Below are positions 9,006-18,067 of a stretch of 40,118 nt of DNA, piece by piece. This DNA is from a virus, in UHGV virus genome UHGV-0211833; one strand, written 5' to 3'. The notes beneath the pieces are model-generated. The model searched no databases and was not told the DNA's origin. It saw only the letters and a program-made list of their open reading frames with translations. Position 1 is the stretch's first letter; each line of letters starts with the position of its first letter. A program made the translations under genes and the position numbers.

Positions 9006-9530
9006 ATGAATAGTGTTAATTTGATTGGTCGCTTGACCAAAGACGTTGATTTAAGATACACACAATCAGGATTGGCAGTAGGTCACTTCTCCGTGGCGAT
9101 TGATCGTCCTAAAAAAAATGGGCAGAGCAACGGGGCGGATTTTCCCAACTGTGTAGCTTACGGGAAGACAGCCGAAAGCCTCGCTAATTACGTTCACAAA
9201 GGCGAAATGGTCGGGGTGACGGGGTCCATCCGGACAGGAAGCTACACTAAAAAGGACGGTCAGAAGGTCTACACAACTGACGTAGCCGTAACGAGTGCTC
9301 AATTTTTGAATCCGAGACCAAATGGCGGTCAAAACAACAACGGATATCAAAATGGTAACCAAAACAACGGTTATCAAAACAACGGAAACGGTTATCAAAA
9401 CAACGGATATCAAAATAATGGCGGATATCAGCAACAGAATACGTCAAACTCGCCCAATAATGGCGATTTTAGCCAGAATAATGCGCAAAATACGCAATAT
9501 GGGTTTGACGAGAACGATTTACCGTTCTAA
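9006..9530 (+). CDS. ssb: Single-stranded DNA-binding protein
   Basis: MNSVNLIGRLTKDVDLRYT OB fold, N/G/Q-rich linker, C-terminal DLPF. Confidence 0.95.
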   Translation: MNSVNLIGRLTKDVDLRYTQSGLAVGHFSVAIDRPKKNGQSNGADFPNCVAYGKTAESLANYVHKGEMVGVTGSIRTGSYTKKDGQKVYTTDVAVTSAQFLNPRPNGGQNNNGYQNGNQNNGYQNNGNGYQNNGYQNNGGYQQQNTSNSPNNGDFSQNNAQNTQYGFDENDLPF

Positions 9531-9558
9531 CTAGTAAGCAGGGCGGGAGGGTAGGAAA

Positions 9559-10008
9559 ATGATAGGAAATCCAAGAACTATTATCAAGTGGTTATTTGAA
9601 CAAGATGAAAACAAAAAGTTTGAAATCAAGGAATTGAAACCTAAGCGATCATTGACCGCAAACGCTTATTATTGGGCGCTGCTTAATCAGTTAGCGAACG
9701 TTCTCAGGTTTGATAACCAGAAGCTGCACTTCATGATGTTACAAAGATATGGGCAGTACGAAGTTGTCAGCGTACTGTCAAGCATTGATGTAAAAGGGTA
9801 TTTCAGATATTACGAACCTATAGGACACGGGTTCATAAACAATAAAGAATTTACTCACTACAAAGTGTATAAAGGCAGCTCCGAGATGAACTCTAAAGAG
9901 TTTTCCATCTTGCTTGATGGATTGGTCAGCGAATGCAACGAACAGAGTATAGCGACCTTAACGAAGAGCGAAAGGGAGCAGCTACATTTTATTGAAGGGT
10001 GTGATTAA
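9559..10008 (+). CDS. NinB/Orf-like recombination protein
   Basis: KRSLTANAYYWALL and SSEMNSKEFSILLD motifs. Confidence 0.7.
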   Translation: MIGNPRTIIKWLFEQDENKKFEIKELKPKRSLTANAYYWALLNQLANVLRFDNQKLHFMMLQRYGQYEVVSVLSSIDVKGYFRYYEPIGHGFINNKEFTHYKVYKGSSEMNSKEFSILLDGLVSECNEQSIATLTKSEREQLHFIEGCD

Positions 10009-10296
10009 ATGGAATTTTGCATTATGAATGACAATTACCCGTTTTGGCGGAATTGTCGAGAACCTGGACTTTGTCGGCATGAAATCTTTTTCGGAACTGG
10101 AAACAGAAGGCTATCGATTGAAGATGGTCTAGTGGTTTTCCTCACACCAGAGATGCACAACATGACGAATTACGGAGTGCATTTTAATCGTGACTTTGAC
10201 TTGAAGCTAAAAAAAGCAGGCGAACGGGCATGGATTGATTATTACGGTAAGAGCAAAGAAGACTTCATCAAGCGGTACGGAAGGAATTACCTTTAG
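10009..10296 (+). CDS. Small HNH-like protein
   Basis: HEIFFG..NR..S...GLVVFL...H......GVH...F...YGRNYL pattern. Confidence 0.55.
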   Translation: MEFCIMNDNYPFWRNCREPGLCRHEIFFGTGNRRLSIEDGLVVFLTPEMHNMTNYGVHFNRDFDLKLKKAGERAWIDYYGKSKEDFIKRYGRNYL

Positions 10297-10306
10297 GAGG
10301 GACGCC

Positions 10307-11167
10307 ATGAAAAACAGCAAAATACGTGATAATAACTTCGTTGCAATTCAAGGTTGGATGATTACTAAACTCGGCTTAAAAGGCAATGCGCTGATCGTAT
10401 ATGCTATCATTTATGGCTTTTCTCAAGATGGTCGAACCCATTTCACGGGAAGCTTACAGTATTTAGCTGATTGGACGAGCGCTACAAAACCAGGTGTTCA
10501 TAAAATCCTGAGGTCGCTTGTGAACAAAGGGTTCATCAGAAAAAAAGACAAATTAATCAACAACGTGAAGTTTTGCGAGTATTACGTTACGCCACTTTCA
10601 GAGCTGAAAGGTGTTAACTCCAGTGAACGGGGTATTAAACCAGGGTTAACGGGGGTATTAACTCCAGTTAACGAGGGTGTTAACTCCAGTGAACGGGGTA
10701 TTAAACCAGGGTTAACTAATAATATAGATAATAATATAGATAATAATATAGGTGATACTACAGACGTAGTAGTAGAACCTAATTTGGTTAACATAGCAGA
10801 ACAAACGACGGACGGCGGCGACTTCGCCAAGGTAACTCAATTCTATCAAGATAATTTTGGGATGCTTAGCAGCTATCTTTACGATGACATCAGGCAGACG
10901 TATGACGATTGGAAACAAAGGTCAAAAGAGCCTGCCGAAATAATGATCAGAGCCATGCAGATAGCTCTTGAAAAGAATGTCAGAAACTGGAGATTTGTCT
11001 CTAAGGTCCTGCTGAACTGGGAAGACAAAAAGCCACAGACGTTAGCTGATGTAGAAGCGCTAGAAAAAGAACATGGAAGACAAGGACAACAAAGGAAGAC
11101 GTTGGCAGAACAGACTGAAGAAGACCGCAAGTTTAACGAAACATACGGATATTTCGCCGATGACTAG
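10307..11167 (+). CDS. Replication initiator (N-terminal wHTH, C-terminal DnaD domain)
   Basis: LGLKGNALIVYAIIYGFSQDG N-terminus, NWRFVSKVLLNW DnaD motif, internal iterons, upstream of DnaC. Confidence 0.85.
   Translation: MKNSKIRDNNFVAIQGWMITKLGLKGNALIVYAIIYGFSQDGRTHFTGSLQYLADWTSATKPGVHKILRSLVNKGFIRKKDKLINNVKFCEYYVTPLSELKGVNSSERGIKPGLTGVLTPVNEGVNSSERGIKPGLTNNIDNNIDNNIGDTTDVVVEPNLVNIAEQTTDGGDFAKVTQFYQDNFGMLSSYLYDDIRQTYDDWKQRSKEPAEIMIRAMQIALEKNVRNWRFVSKVLLNWEDKKPQTLADVEALEKEHGRQGQQRKTLAEQTEEDRKFNETYGYFADD
10610..10752. repeat. Putative replication origin: five ~22-bp iterons and AT-rich 12-mers
   Basis: 41-bp exact repeat at 10610-10650 and 10676-10716 with one more unit between, then TAATAATATAGR x3. 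Confidence 0.85.
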
Positions 11168-11179
11168 GAGGGAAAAGAA

Positions 11180-11950
11180 ATGAAAAGCGTAAGTGATGTT
11201 TTAGGTGCTATAAAGGCGCCTCCGAAAGAATGCAAAGCCGCTTATCAAGCGTGGTTGTACAATCAGCAAATGACGGATGAAGAACGGAAAGCGTTCCTCG
11301 ACAAGAAAAATGAAGAAGTAATTCAAGCGGCATTAAAGGAGGTCATGACTCCGAAGACGTGGGGCAAGAGCCTGTGGTCAGGCGGCAAAGAGGTTAAATT
11401 CTCTTTTTCTGATTGGAATTATTCTAAGCAAGAAAGCCAAGGACTCGCAAAACAAGTGGCAATTCAAGCCAAAACGTTAAGCGACCAGCTCAAAACCGAT
11501 AACTTCAATGTTGTGCTACTTGGCGGTGCCGGAGTCGGAAAAACATCACTTGCGATTGCGATGATTACTGCTTTAAGAAGAACCGGCAAAAGTGCAATGG
11601 TGATTTCGACAACGGAGCTTGTATCAAAACTAAACCGTTCATACGATTTCAAGGATGCTCAAAGAGAAATCGCCAAAGTGGAGCAAGGGGCATATGACTG
11701 TGACGTGCTTCTGCTTGATGATCTGGGCACGGAAAGCGGCGGTCGAGTGAAGGAAATCAGAACCGACATGTACGACTTGATGTATCGGATTTCTAATGCG
11801 AGAACAGACAAGACAACGATTATCACCACAAACAACACTCCTGTGGAGCTTGGCAAAATTTACAGTGAGAAAATCGTAAGCCGATTGCTGCCGAAACGGA
11901 AAGAAAGATGCATCGATATGCACGGGCTGAAAGACGTAAGGGGGCTATAG
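11180..11950 (+). CDS. DnaC/IstB-like helicase loader ATPase
   Basis: Walker A GGAGVGKT, Walker B LLLDDLG, TIITTN, SRL. Confidence 0.9.
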   Translation: MKSVSDVLGAIKAPPKECKAAYQAWLYNQQMTDEERKAFLDKKNEEVIQAALKEVMTPKTWGKSLWSGGKEVKFSFSDWNYSKQESQGLAKQVAIQAKTLSDQLKTDNFNVVLLGGAGVGKTSLAIAMITALRRTGKSAMVISTTELVSKLNRSYDFKDAQREIAKVEQGAYDCDVLLLDDLGTESGGRVKEIRTDMYDLMYRISNARTDKTTIITTNNTPVELGKIYSEKIVSRLLPKRKERCIDMHGLKDVRGL

Positions 11951-11951
11951 C

Positions 11952-12152
11952 ATGATAATCAGACAAGTTTATAATCACGAATACGCTAGCATAGTCGAAA
12001 CGGACAGTAGCTATCTGTTCTTTGGCGGTCGAAACATCGGGGCTTTTAAAGTTGGCGAAGAACTGACCGCCCCTTGCGAACCGTACAAAATCCTGATGAA
12101 ATGGAACATCAGCAAAGCGGTTGAGAACATGATCAAGGGGGTGTCTGATTGA
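11952..12152 (+). CDS. Hypothetical protein
   Basis: 66-aa ORF coupled to dnaC. Confidence 0.55.
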   Translation: MIIRQVYNHEYASIVETDSSYLFFGGRNIGAFKVGEELTAPCEPYKILMKWNISKAVENMIKGVSD

Positions 12153-12250
12153 AATTTAGAAAAGTCAACGGCGGTTGCCTGGTGTTAATCGCATTGAGCA
12201 TTTGGTTCGGTGCCATCTGGCTCTTGTGCCGATGGTTGGTAGGGGGGTGA
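12149..12250 (+). CDS. Small single-TM protein (33 aa)
   Basis: TTG start overlapping the previous stop, MKFRKVNGGCLVLIALSIWFGAIWLLCRWLVGG, fills the intergenic gap. Confidence 0.5.
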   Translation: MKFRKVNGGCLVLIALSIWFGAIWLLCRWLVGG

Positions 12251-12254
12251 CGGC

Positions 12255-12659
12255 ATGGCTAAAAAAGAAGTCGATTTGAGAGAAAGGCTTGCCAACGATG
12301 TTCTCAAAATTGTTGAAACACACGAAGCACTTATTGAAACGATTGACGAAGAAGATGTTGAAATAAAAAAGCTAAAGCGTAAGCGGGACCGCCTGCTATA
12401 TGACGTAGACAGACTGCTGTATGACGTTGTGAAAGTTGAAGACAAGTACGGTATAGGGCAAGGCTACCTTGAAGGAAGGACGCATTTCGCTGAAGGAAGC
12501 CTTGATAATCTTTCAAAGGCCGACCTGATGGGGTGGCTTAAAGCACTAGTTCAAGATTACAACGTGCTGTATGAGGAACGCAACAAATACAGAAAAATTG
12601 TCGAAGGGAAAAAGAAGAGAAAGAAAGCCAAAAACAGCGATGAAATTTCGCTGTTTTAA
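12255..12659 (+). CDS. Hypothetical coiled-coil protein
   Basis: 134-aa ORF with RBS. Confidence 0.65.
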   Translation: MAKKEVDLRERLANDVLKIVETHEALIETIDEEDVEIKKLKRKRDRLLYDVDRLLYDVVKVEDKYGIGQGYLEGRTHFAEGSLDNLSKADLMGWLKALVQDYNVLYEERNKYRKIVEGKKKRKKAKNSDEISLF

Positions 12660-12676
12660 AGAGGAGGAACAAGAAA

Positions 12677-12928
12677 ATGAAAATTGAAATTGAAAAAGAA
12701 GACTTTGTAAGATTGGCAGTGTATGCATCATGCGCTGACTTGCCTAAAGAAGAAAACAAGTGCGGAATGACCCTCAGAAAGGTCATGGATAGTCTTGATA
12801 AAGACGTTGCCAATGATGTCGCCGGCGATATGCTTGCCTTGAGAGCTAGAATTGAAATGCTTAACGGGGCAAATGTCGAAGACCTGGTGAAGACGATACT
12901 GGAAACCATGACGGGAGACGACGAATGA
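12677..12928 (+). CDS. Hypothetical protein
   Basis: GAGGAGG RBS. Confidence 0.65.
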   Translation: MKIEIEKEDFVRLAVYASCADLPKEENKCGMTLRKVMDSLDKDVANDVAGDMLALRARIEMLNGANVEDLVKTILETMTGDDE

Positions 12929-13035
12929 AAAAATACTTAGTTACCGTTGAAGTCGATGGCATCATCACTAATCGATTGGTCAAAGCAGAAACCGCTGAAG
13001 AAGCCGAGCGAAAGGCTAAGGAGGAAGAGGAATGA
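12925..13035 (+). CDS. Small hypothetical protein (36 aa)
   Basis: MKKYLVTVEVDG...AETAEEA, ATGA-coupled on both sides. Confidence 0.6.
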   Translation: MKKYLVTVEVDGIITNRLVKAETAEEAERKAKEEEE

Positions 13036-13229
13036 AATACAAAATCGCGTGCAGAACATATAGGGACTGGAACGAATGTCCTACACTTTGTGAGTCTTAT
13101 CTAGAAATTGAAGCACGGTTTTTTAAAATCGAAAACGGTTTTGTTGCCGCCTGGTTTGAAGACAACGAAAGCCGAATCCCCGATATTTACATTAACGCCA
13201 ACGACGTGCTTACAATTGAACGGGCTTAA
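13032..13229 (+). CDS. Hypothetical protein, paralog of 14389..14619
   Basis: FKIENGFV..W......PDI.IN motif shared. Confidence 0.65.
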   Translation: MKYKIACRTYRDWNECPTLCESYLEIEARFFKIENGFVAAWFEDNESRIPDIYINANDVLTIERA

Positions 13230-13303
13230 AACGTCCCTAAAAGAACCGCTAAGCGATTTTAGGAAATTAGGCTCAACGTTGTTTAGAATGGAGTGGTGAC
13301 CAC

Positions 13304-13805
13304 ATGAGCATTACTGAAGCGGTAAATATGATTCTTAAACGTTATCCCGATTATGGTTATGACATGTTCTTAGACTTGAGCAAAATCAAGGATGATGATC
13401 TGCAGGAAGCGGTACGGCTTATCGCAAGTATGAGAAAGTCATACCGTGTGAACCCCCAAGCGTTCTCGAAAAATTAATCGGGAAACGCTTAAGGATATGA
13501 TTAAAAAAGGATACACTTATAAAGGCATTGCCAGAGAAACGGGGTTGGCAGAATCGACTGTCGAAAAAAAGGTTTCGGATTATGGCTTGAAAAGGCTTTA
13601 TCATCAAATGTGCCCTCATGGTATAAGAGCTGGTGTGCAAGTGATTTGCTTGAACATCGAAACGGGCGAACGGAAAACGTTCGGTACTATCAGCAAAGCA
13701 GAAAGGGCTTTTGGGTTTGAGAAGGATCATCTGGGCTATAGAACAAGAGGCGGCAAGTGTTATATAGAGAACGGATGGGAATTTAGACGAGGAGTGAAGA
13801 AATGA
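13304..13805 (+). pseudogene. HTH plus NUMOD1-like protein split by a +1 frameshift at CCCCC (ORFs 13304-13477 and 13497-13805)
   Basis: The two halves align to the N- and C-terminal parts of intact paralog 16469..16957. Confidence 0.65.
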
Positions 13806-14113
13806 AAATTGAAAAGATTGAGAGTTATCCGTCACTGACGATAGATGAGCAGGAAACTGTCCTTACTTGGGATGCAAAGGAACGTGCATGGCATATATGC
13901 ACTGACTACCCAGCACACGCACGCAAGTATGAAGCGGCACTTGATGAGTCCAAGACTGTCAAGAAAGGCTATCGAGACGGAGCGTTAGTTATGATCGACG
14001 GGTATCTGGACGAAAGCGCATATACGGCTCGAATCAGCAAGAAACGCCATTACTCTGATGAGCAAAAAGCCAAGATGGCAGAACGTCTTAAGAATGCGAG
14101 GGAGAAAAAATGA
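13802..14113 (+). CDS. Phage hypothetical protein
   Basis: EQETVLTWD...W...TD.P.H.RK, C-terminal SDEQKAKMAERLK. Confidence 0.7.
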   Translation: MKIEKIESYPSLTIDEQETVLTWDAKERAWHICTDYPAHARKYEAALDESKTVKKGYRDGALVMIDGYLDESAYTARISKKRHYSDEQKAKMAERLKNAREKK

Positions 14114-14388
14114 AGATTAAGGAATTCAGAAAGAAATACCAAGAAGAAACATGGCGTAAAGCAACGCCACAGGAAAAGGCGATGTACGAATTTTGCATAA
14201 GCATGAAAATCATGAAGAAGACTCTTGAGCTTATCATTACAAAGCATGAACAGGGGGAAGTGACCGTTGAAGATGCACACAAGTTGGTTGACGACAGCGT
14301 TTGCGCGTTATTCGACGCAAACCAACTCCTTGACTGTACGATTAAGGATGCAAGGGAGAAGTATGGCAGAGAGATGGCGAGGCGATGA
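14110..14388 (+). CDS. Hypothetical protein
   Basis: Coupled ORF with RBS. Confidence 0.6.
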   Translation: MKIKEFRKKYQEETWRKATPQEKAMYEFCISMKIMKKTLELIITKHEQGEVTVEDAHKLVDDSVCALFDANQLLDCTIKDAREKYGREMARR

Positions 14389-14619
14389 GTGATGGCGTTT
14401 TTTAGGATATTTTACAAGCAAGTGAGTGCTACTCCACATGGAGCAGTTGAAGGCGATTTGAAATGCGTAGACGTGCAGGACTATAAAATCGAAGACGGGT
14501 TCGTACTAATTTGGTATGACACGATGGATAGGGTGAATCTCCCTGATCTAGTTATCAATACTGACCGTGTTCAAGAAATCGACCTTCTTTGGAAAAAAGA
14601 AAAGAGTGATGAACAATGA
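14389..14619 (+). CDS. Hypothetical protein, paralog of 13032..13229
   Basis: YKIEDGFVLIW...PDLVIN motif. Confidence 0.65.
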   Translation: MMAFFRIFYKQVSATPHGAVEGDLKCVDVQDYKIEDGFVLIWYDTMDRVNLPDLVINTDRVQEIDLLWKKEKSDEQ

Positions 14620-14834
14620 CTGAAACAAGGTTTGCCGTAAGGGTACCACATACAATGAGAGCGTGGTACGTTCTTATGGATTTTCCAGACGGCACAACGG
14701 AGCTTATGGTGATTTTCGGTGGCGGCGCCCCACACACGCGCGACACAACATTAACGCTTGAAGACATCAGAACATGGGGATTGCAGGACTATGACCGCAT
14801 AAAGGTGCAGACAACTGAACGCAAGGAGGAATGA
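14616..14834 (+). CDS. Hypothetical protein
   Basis: Coupled ORF. Confidence 0.55.
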   Translation: MTETRFAVRVPHTMRAWYVLMDFPDGTTELMVIFGGGAPHTRDTTLTLEDIRTWGLQDYDRIKVQTTERKEE

Positions 14835-14837
14835 CGA

Positions 14838-15350
14838 ATGATAGGAGAAATGGTAGAAGAAACGGTCACGATAAATACGCAAATGTTTGTCAGGATTTTA
14901 GCGATGGTTAGCATGGCTGAAGAATCTAACGTCTTACCGGAGGGTTGCGAATGGCTTCAAAGAAGGGTATGTGACACATTGCTTCTCCAAAACGGCTGGA
15001 GAAACAGTCAGTGTGACGACTTAATGAATATGGTTAAAGCAGAGCTTGAATTTTTAAAAGAACACAAATTTGTGGAAGATGGCATAAAAGAACGTGAAAC
15101 AAAGCCTGAAACCGACACAAGCGATTATGACCATCCGCAACGTTATACGGGTGAAGATGGTAAAGACTTGATCGACCGCATGGAAGAAGGACTGATTCCT
15201 GAAGAACAAGTGAGGGGATTCCTGAAAGGAAACGTCTTAAAGTACCTTGTAAGGTACGAAGACAAAGGCGGCATGGACGATTTACTGAAGGCAAACGAGT
15301 ATTTAAGACGGTTGGTTGCATTTGAAGACGGAGGAGATAGCGATGATTAA
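14838..15350 (+). CDS. Protein with C-terminal DUF3310 domain
   Basis: HPQRY...GFLKGNVLKYLVRYEDKGGMDDLLKANEYL motif. Confidence 0.8.
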   Translation: MIGEMVEETVTINTQMFVRILAMVSMAEESNVLPEGCEWLQRRVCDTLLLQNGWRNSQCDDLMNMVKAELEFLKEHKFVEDGIKERETKPETDTSDYDHPQRYTGEDGKDLIDRMEEGLIPEEQVRGFLKGNVLKYLVRYEDKGGMDDLLKANEYLRRLVAFEDGGDSDD

Positions 15351-15642
15351 AACGATGTTTGGAGAAACGTGCGGAACGTGCACAATAGACAAAGGCGAAG
15401 AATGTTTCAAAAGTTACTTGATCGAGGGCGACTGTGGCAGGTTCTGGGTATCAGAAAGGGAATTTAAACTGATAAAACTGCCGTTTCTTGCAACAAAGGA
15501 ACGAAAAATATATGACGAAAACGTGAACGTGCCGCTGAAGATGGAAATGTTTCGTTGTGATGACGGCAAACGGCATCTTTTGGACACTAAGTACGACTAC
15601 AAAATTATCGAAGCAATCGTTAAAGGGGGCTATAACGAATGA
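15343..15642 (+). CDS. Hypothetical protein, paralog of 15639..15950
   Basis: GGAGG RBS, shared YL..G....W....EF....LP.L and EAI.KGGYN. Confidence 0.65.
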   Translation: MIKTMFGETCGTCTIDKGEECFKSYLIEGDCGRFWVSEREFKLIKLPFLATKERKIYDENVNVPLKMEMFRCDDGKRHLLDTKYDYKIIEAIVKGGYNE

Positions 15643-15950
15643 AAATAAAAACATCAATCGGTGAATTAGTGGGTTATTTCAATGGATACTATCTTGTTGG
15701 CGAAGGAGAAGAGGAAACTTGGCTAACCAAAGAAGAATTTGAAGCAGTTAGATTGCCAAACCTAGACCCGCTTGAGGCAAGGCAGTATGAGATACTGATG
15801 CACAAAAGAGATAAGGTTGAGGCACTGACCACACTGATGCATGACGTTGTCGGCCTTGACGAAGACCCTGAAGTGCTTCCTTGCGAAACAATTAAAGAAC
15901 ACCACTATCGCTTGGCTGAGGCGATTATCAAAGGGGGTTATAACCATTGA
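15639..15950 (+). CDS. Hypothetical protein, paralog of 15343..15642
   Basis: Same shared motifs as 15343..15642. Confidence 0.65.
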   Translation: MKIKTSIGELVGYFNGYYLVGEGEEETWLTKEEFEAVRLPNLDPLEARQYEILMHKRDKVEALTTLMHDVVGLDEDPEVLPCETIKEHHYRLAEAIIKGGYNH

Positions 15951-16405
15951 GGGTGCAGGCACAATCGCATTTTGCGAAGAAAGTGGAGCTTGACGGGTAC
16001 CGATTTGATTCACAGAAGGAAGCGGCATTCTATGAACGATACATTAAGCCGAGCGGCTACAAGTTTGAGTGCCAAAAGAACTTTGTTTTGATGGATAAGT
16101 ATGAAGGGTTAGGCGTGGTCAACCTCAAGAGGACAGCGTACAGAGCCGACTTCGTAATCTATAACGAAGACGGGACCCCGAAGCATGTGTATGACGTCAA
16201 GAACGGATTTTCAGATTACGCTATCGATAAAAAAGCAAAGCTTAAATTCAATATGTTTGCCCGTTTGTATGGCTTGCCGGTTGAGGTGGTGGTTATCAGA
16301 GCGCATGATTTCAAAGTCACGATCACGGGAGCAACTAAGAAATTGGAACCCGTTGTCAAAACTGACGTGAGTTACGATTGGCAAGACGTTGTTAAAATAC
16401 CATAA
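15947..16405 (+). CDS. DUF1064 family PD-(D/E)xK nuclease (resolvase candidate)
   Basis: DGYRFDSQKEA, Y.ADF, DVKNG motifs. Confidence 0.8.
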   Translation: MRVQAQSHFAKKVELDGYRFDSQKEAAFYERYIKPSGYKFECQKNFVLMDKYEGLGVVNLKRTAYRADFVIYNEDGTPKHVYDVKNGFSDYAIDKKAKLKFNMFARLYGLPVEVVVIRAHDFKVTITGATKKLEPVVKTDVSYDWQDVVKIP

Positions 16406-16468
16406 CAGGCTCTCTGAGCGGTTTTAGACTTGAAAGGAAATACGATGGATTGAAAAGGGGGTGGCAAA

Positions 16469-16957
16469 ATGAAATTTGTAGAAGCCGTAAACTGGGTTGA
16501 GAAAAAATACGGTGCGCAAGCGTTCGACCATTTGGAAGATTACGCTGAAGACGAAGCAGCGCAAATGATTTTGAGAGAACAGAAAAAGGGGCACACAAAG
16601 CAGAAGAAGAAATATGCAAGAGGCAAGGATCCAGGGCCGAAAGTATTTCGTAAAATGGTAGAAGACGGGTACAGCTATGTGGATATAGTGGCGGCAACGG
16701 GTTTGGGCATAACCACGGTCCAAGTCAAAGTTAAAAAGTATGGTTTAAGAGAGTTTTACCACAAAATGCATCCCGAAGTCAGAAGGTCCGACGTCAAGGT
16801 ATTATGCATCAATCACACGACAGGTGAGCAAAGAGAATATGAAACTATGGCAAGCGCCGAACGTGCCTTAGGCTTGTACCGTTGCACTTTGTCGCAAAAT
16901 ATGAAAAATGGAAAAACTTTTGTGCATGGCGACTGGGAAATCAGGAGAAAACAGTGA
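16469..16957 (+). CDS. HTH plus NUMOD1-like DNA-binding protein
   Basis: GYSYVDIVAATGLGITTV HTH, V.CIN..TGE...YETMASAERALG. Confidence 0.65.
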   Translation: MKFVEAVNWVEKKYGAQAFDHLEDYAEDEAAQMILREQKKGHTKQKKKYARGKDPGPKVFRKMVEDGYSYVDIVAATGLGITTVQVKVKKYGLREFYHKMHPEVRRSDVKVLCINHTTGEQREYETMASAERALGLYRCTLSQNMKNGKTFVHGDWEIRRKQ

Positions 16958-17700
16958 GTGAAAGACTTATAGACATTGAAGATGGCTTGATAAAGCCTTT
17001 ACTGGCTCTTCTCTTAAGAGACAAGACGACAGGCGAAAATATAATTTGGGCTACTGACACGCATCCTGTTTTTATGGATGAAAAAGACATCTTGCTGCAT
17101 AGCGAAGCGATAAGGCCAAGGGTTGAAAAATCTTTAGATGAGCAAAAGACGAGGACGAAGAAGAAGGCAGAAGTCTTTACACCTACCTGGGTATGCAATC
17201 AAATGATTGACAATATCGACAAAACAGCAAAGCGAAAGACGTGGAAAGAATATGTTGATTCGAGAGTGCTGGAAATCACTTGCGGCGAAGCACCTTTTCT
17301 CGTACAGAGATACGATACCGTTACAGGGGAACCAATACCTTTAAAAGACAGGGCAGGGCTTCTTGACCGCAAACTGAAAGCCATCGGCAAAAACACATGC
17401 ACAAGAAAAGAATGGGTTGAATGGGCGATCAGGGCGTTTGAATCGTCATACGGTTACGAGTATCAAGGCGACAATCTTCTTATAGCAAGGATCAACTTGC
17501 TGCTAACGTTTGTTGACTACTATAAAGATCGTTGGGGAGAAGACCCAGACAAAATACTTTTGCGGCTCATCACAAATAGAATCGTATGGAACGTGTGGCA
17601 GATGGACGGGTTAAAGAACACAATCCCATTTAGAGAAGACAGATGCAGAATACGTGATTGGCGCAAACGCAAAACGGTTATTTTTATGGAGGAACAGTGA
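16954..17700 (+). CDS. Partial (SAM-binding half) N6-adenine methyltransferase, 'restriction endonuclease subunit M'-like
   Basis: LL.DKTT..NIIWATD, KAEVFTP.W.C..M (motif X), LEITCGEAP (motif I), YGYEYQGDNLLIAR. No NPPY motif. Confidence 0.7.
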   Translation: MSERLIDIEDGLIKPLLALLLRDKTTGENIIWATDTHPVFMDEKDILLHSEAIRPRVEKSLDEQKTRTKKKAEVFTPTWVCNQMIDNIDKTAKRKTWKEYVDSRVLEITCGEAPFLVQRYDTVTGEPIPLKDRAGLLDRKLKAIGKNTCTRKEWVEWAIRAFESSYGYEYQGDNLLIARINLLLTFVDYYKDRWGEDPDKILLRLITNRIVWNVWQMDGLKNTIPFREDRCRIRDWRKRKTVIFMEEQ

Positions 17701-17720
17701 GTGATCTTGTTTGGGAGACA

Positions 17721-17870
17721 TGGTAAAATATAGGTATAGAAAAATTACCTTTTATTTTTTATAAATTATTTATTGGTGTAACCCCGTAAAACTGATCTTT
17801 GAGTGAGTGAGTGGTTAATCGGGCGATTGATTGACGAAAACATGGCTTAAAACAAGCCATGTTTTTTATT
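17721..17870 (+). ncRNA. Putative small RNA unit, copy 1 (extended -10, conserved core, terminator)
   Basis: TGGTAAAAT, TCTTTGAGTGAGTGAGTGGTT core, AAAACATGGCTT/AAGCCATGTTTT terminator. Duplicated at 18837-18995. Confidence 0.5.
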
Positions 17871-17878
17871 AAGGAACG

Positions 17879-18067
17879 GTGATATATACGGAAGAAAGAT
17901 ATTTGCTGAAGTACAGCAACACAAAATACTATAAGCGGAATGGCCAAGGAAACATTCAAGGCACAACAAGCAACATCGATATTGCTGGGGAATGGTCCTT
18001 TCATGAATTGCAAGAAAAGGGATATTTAGACATTATTAGAATCAACAAAAGGAGCGTGTTAAAATGA
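17879..18067 (+). CDS. Hypothetical protein
   Basis: 62-aa ORF, AAGGA RBS, coupled to dut. Confidence 0.45.
   Translation: MIYTEERYLLKYSNTKYYKRNGQGNIQGTTSNIDIAGEWSFHELQEKGYLDIIRINKRSVLK

Noticed and set aside
9320..9430. Tandem AACAACGGWTATCAA repeats
   Set aside because: They encode the ordinary low-complexity NNGYQ linker of SSB.
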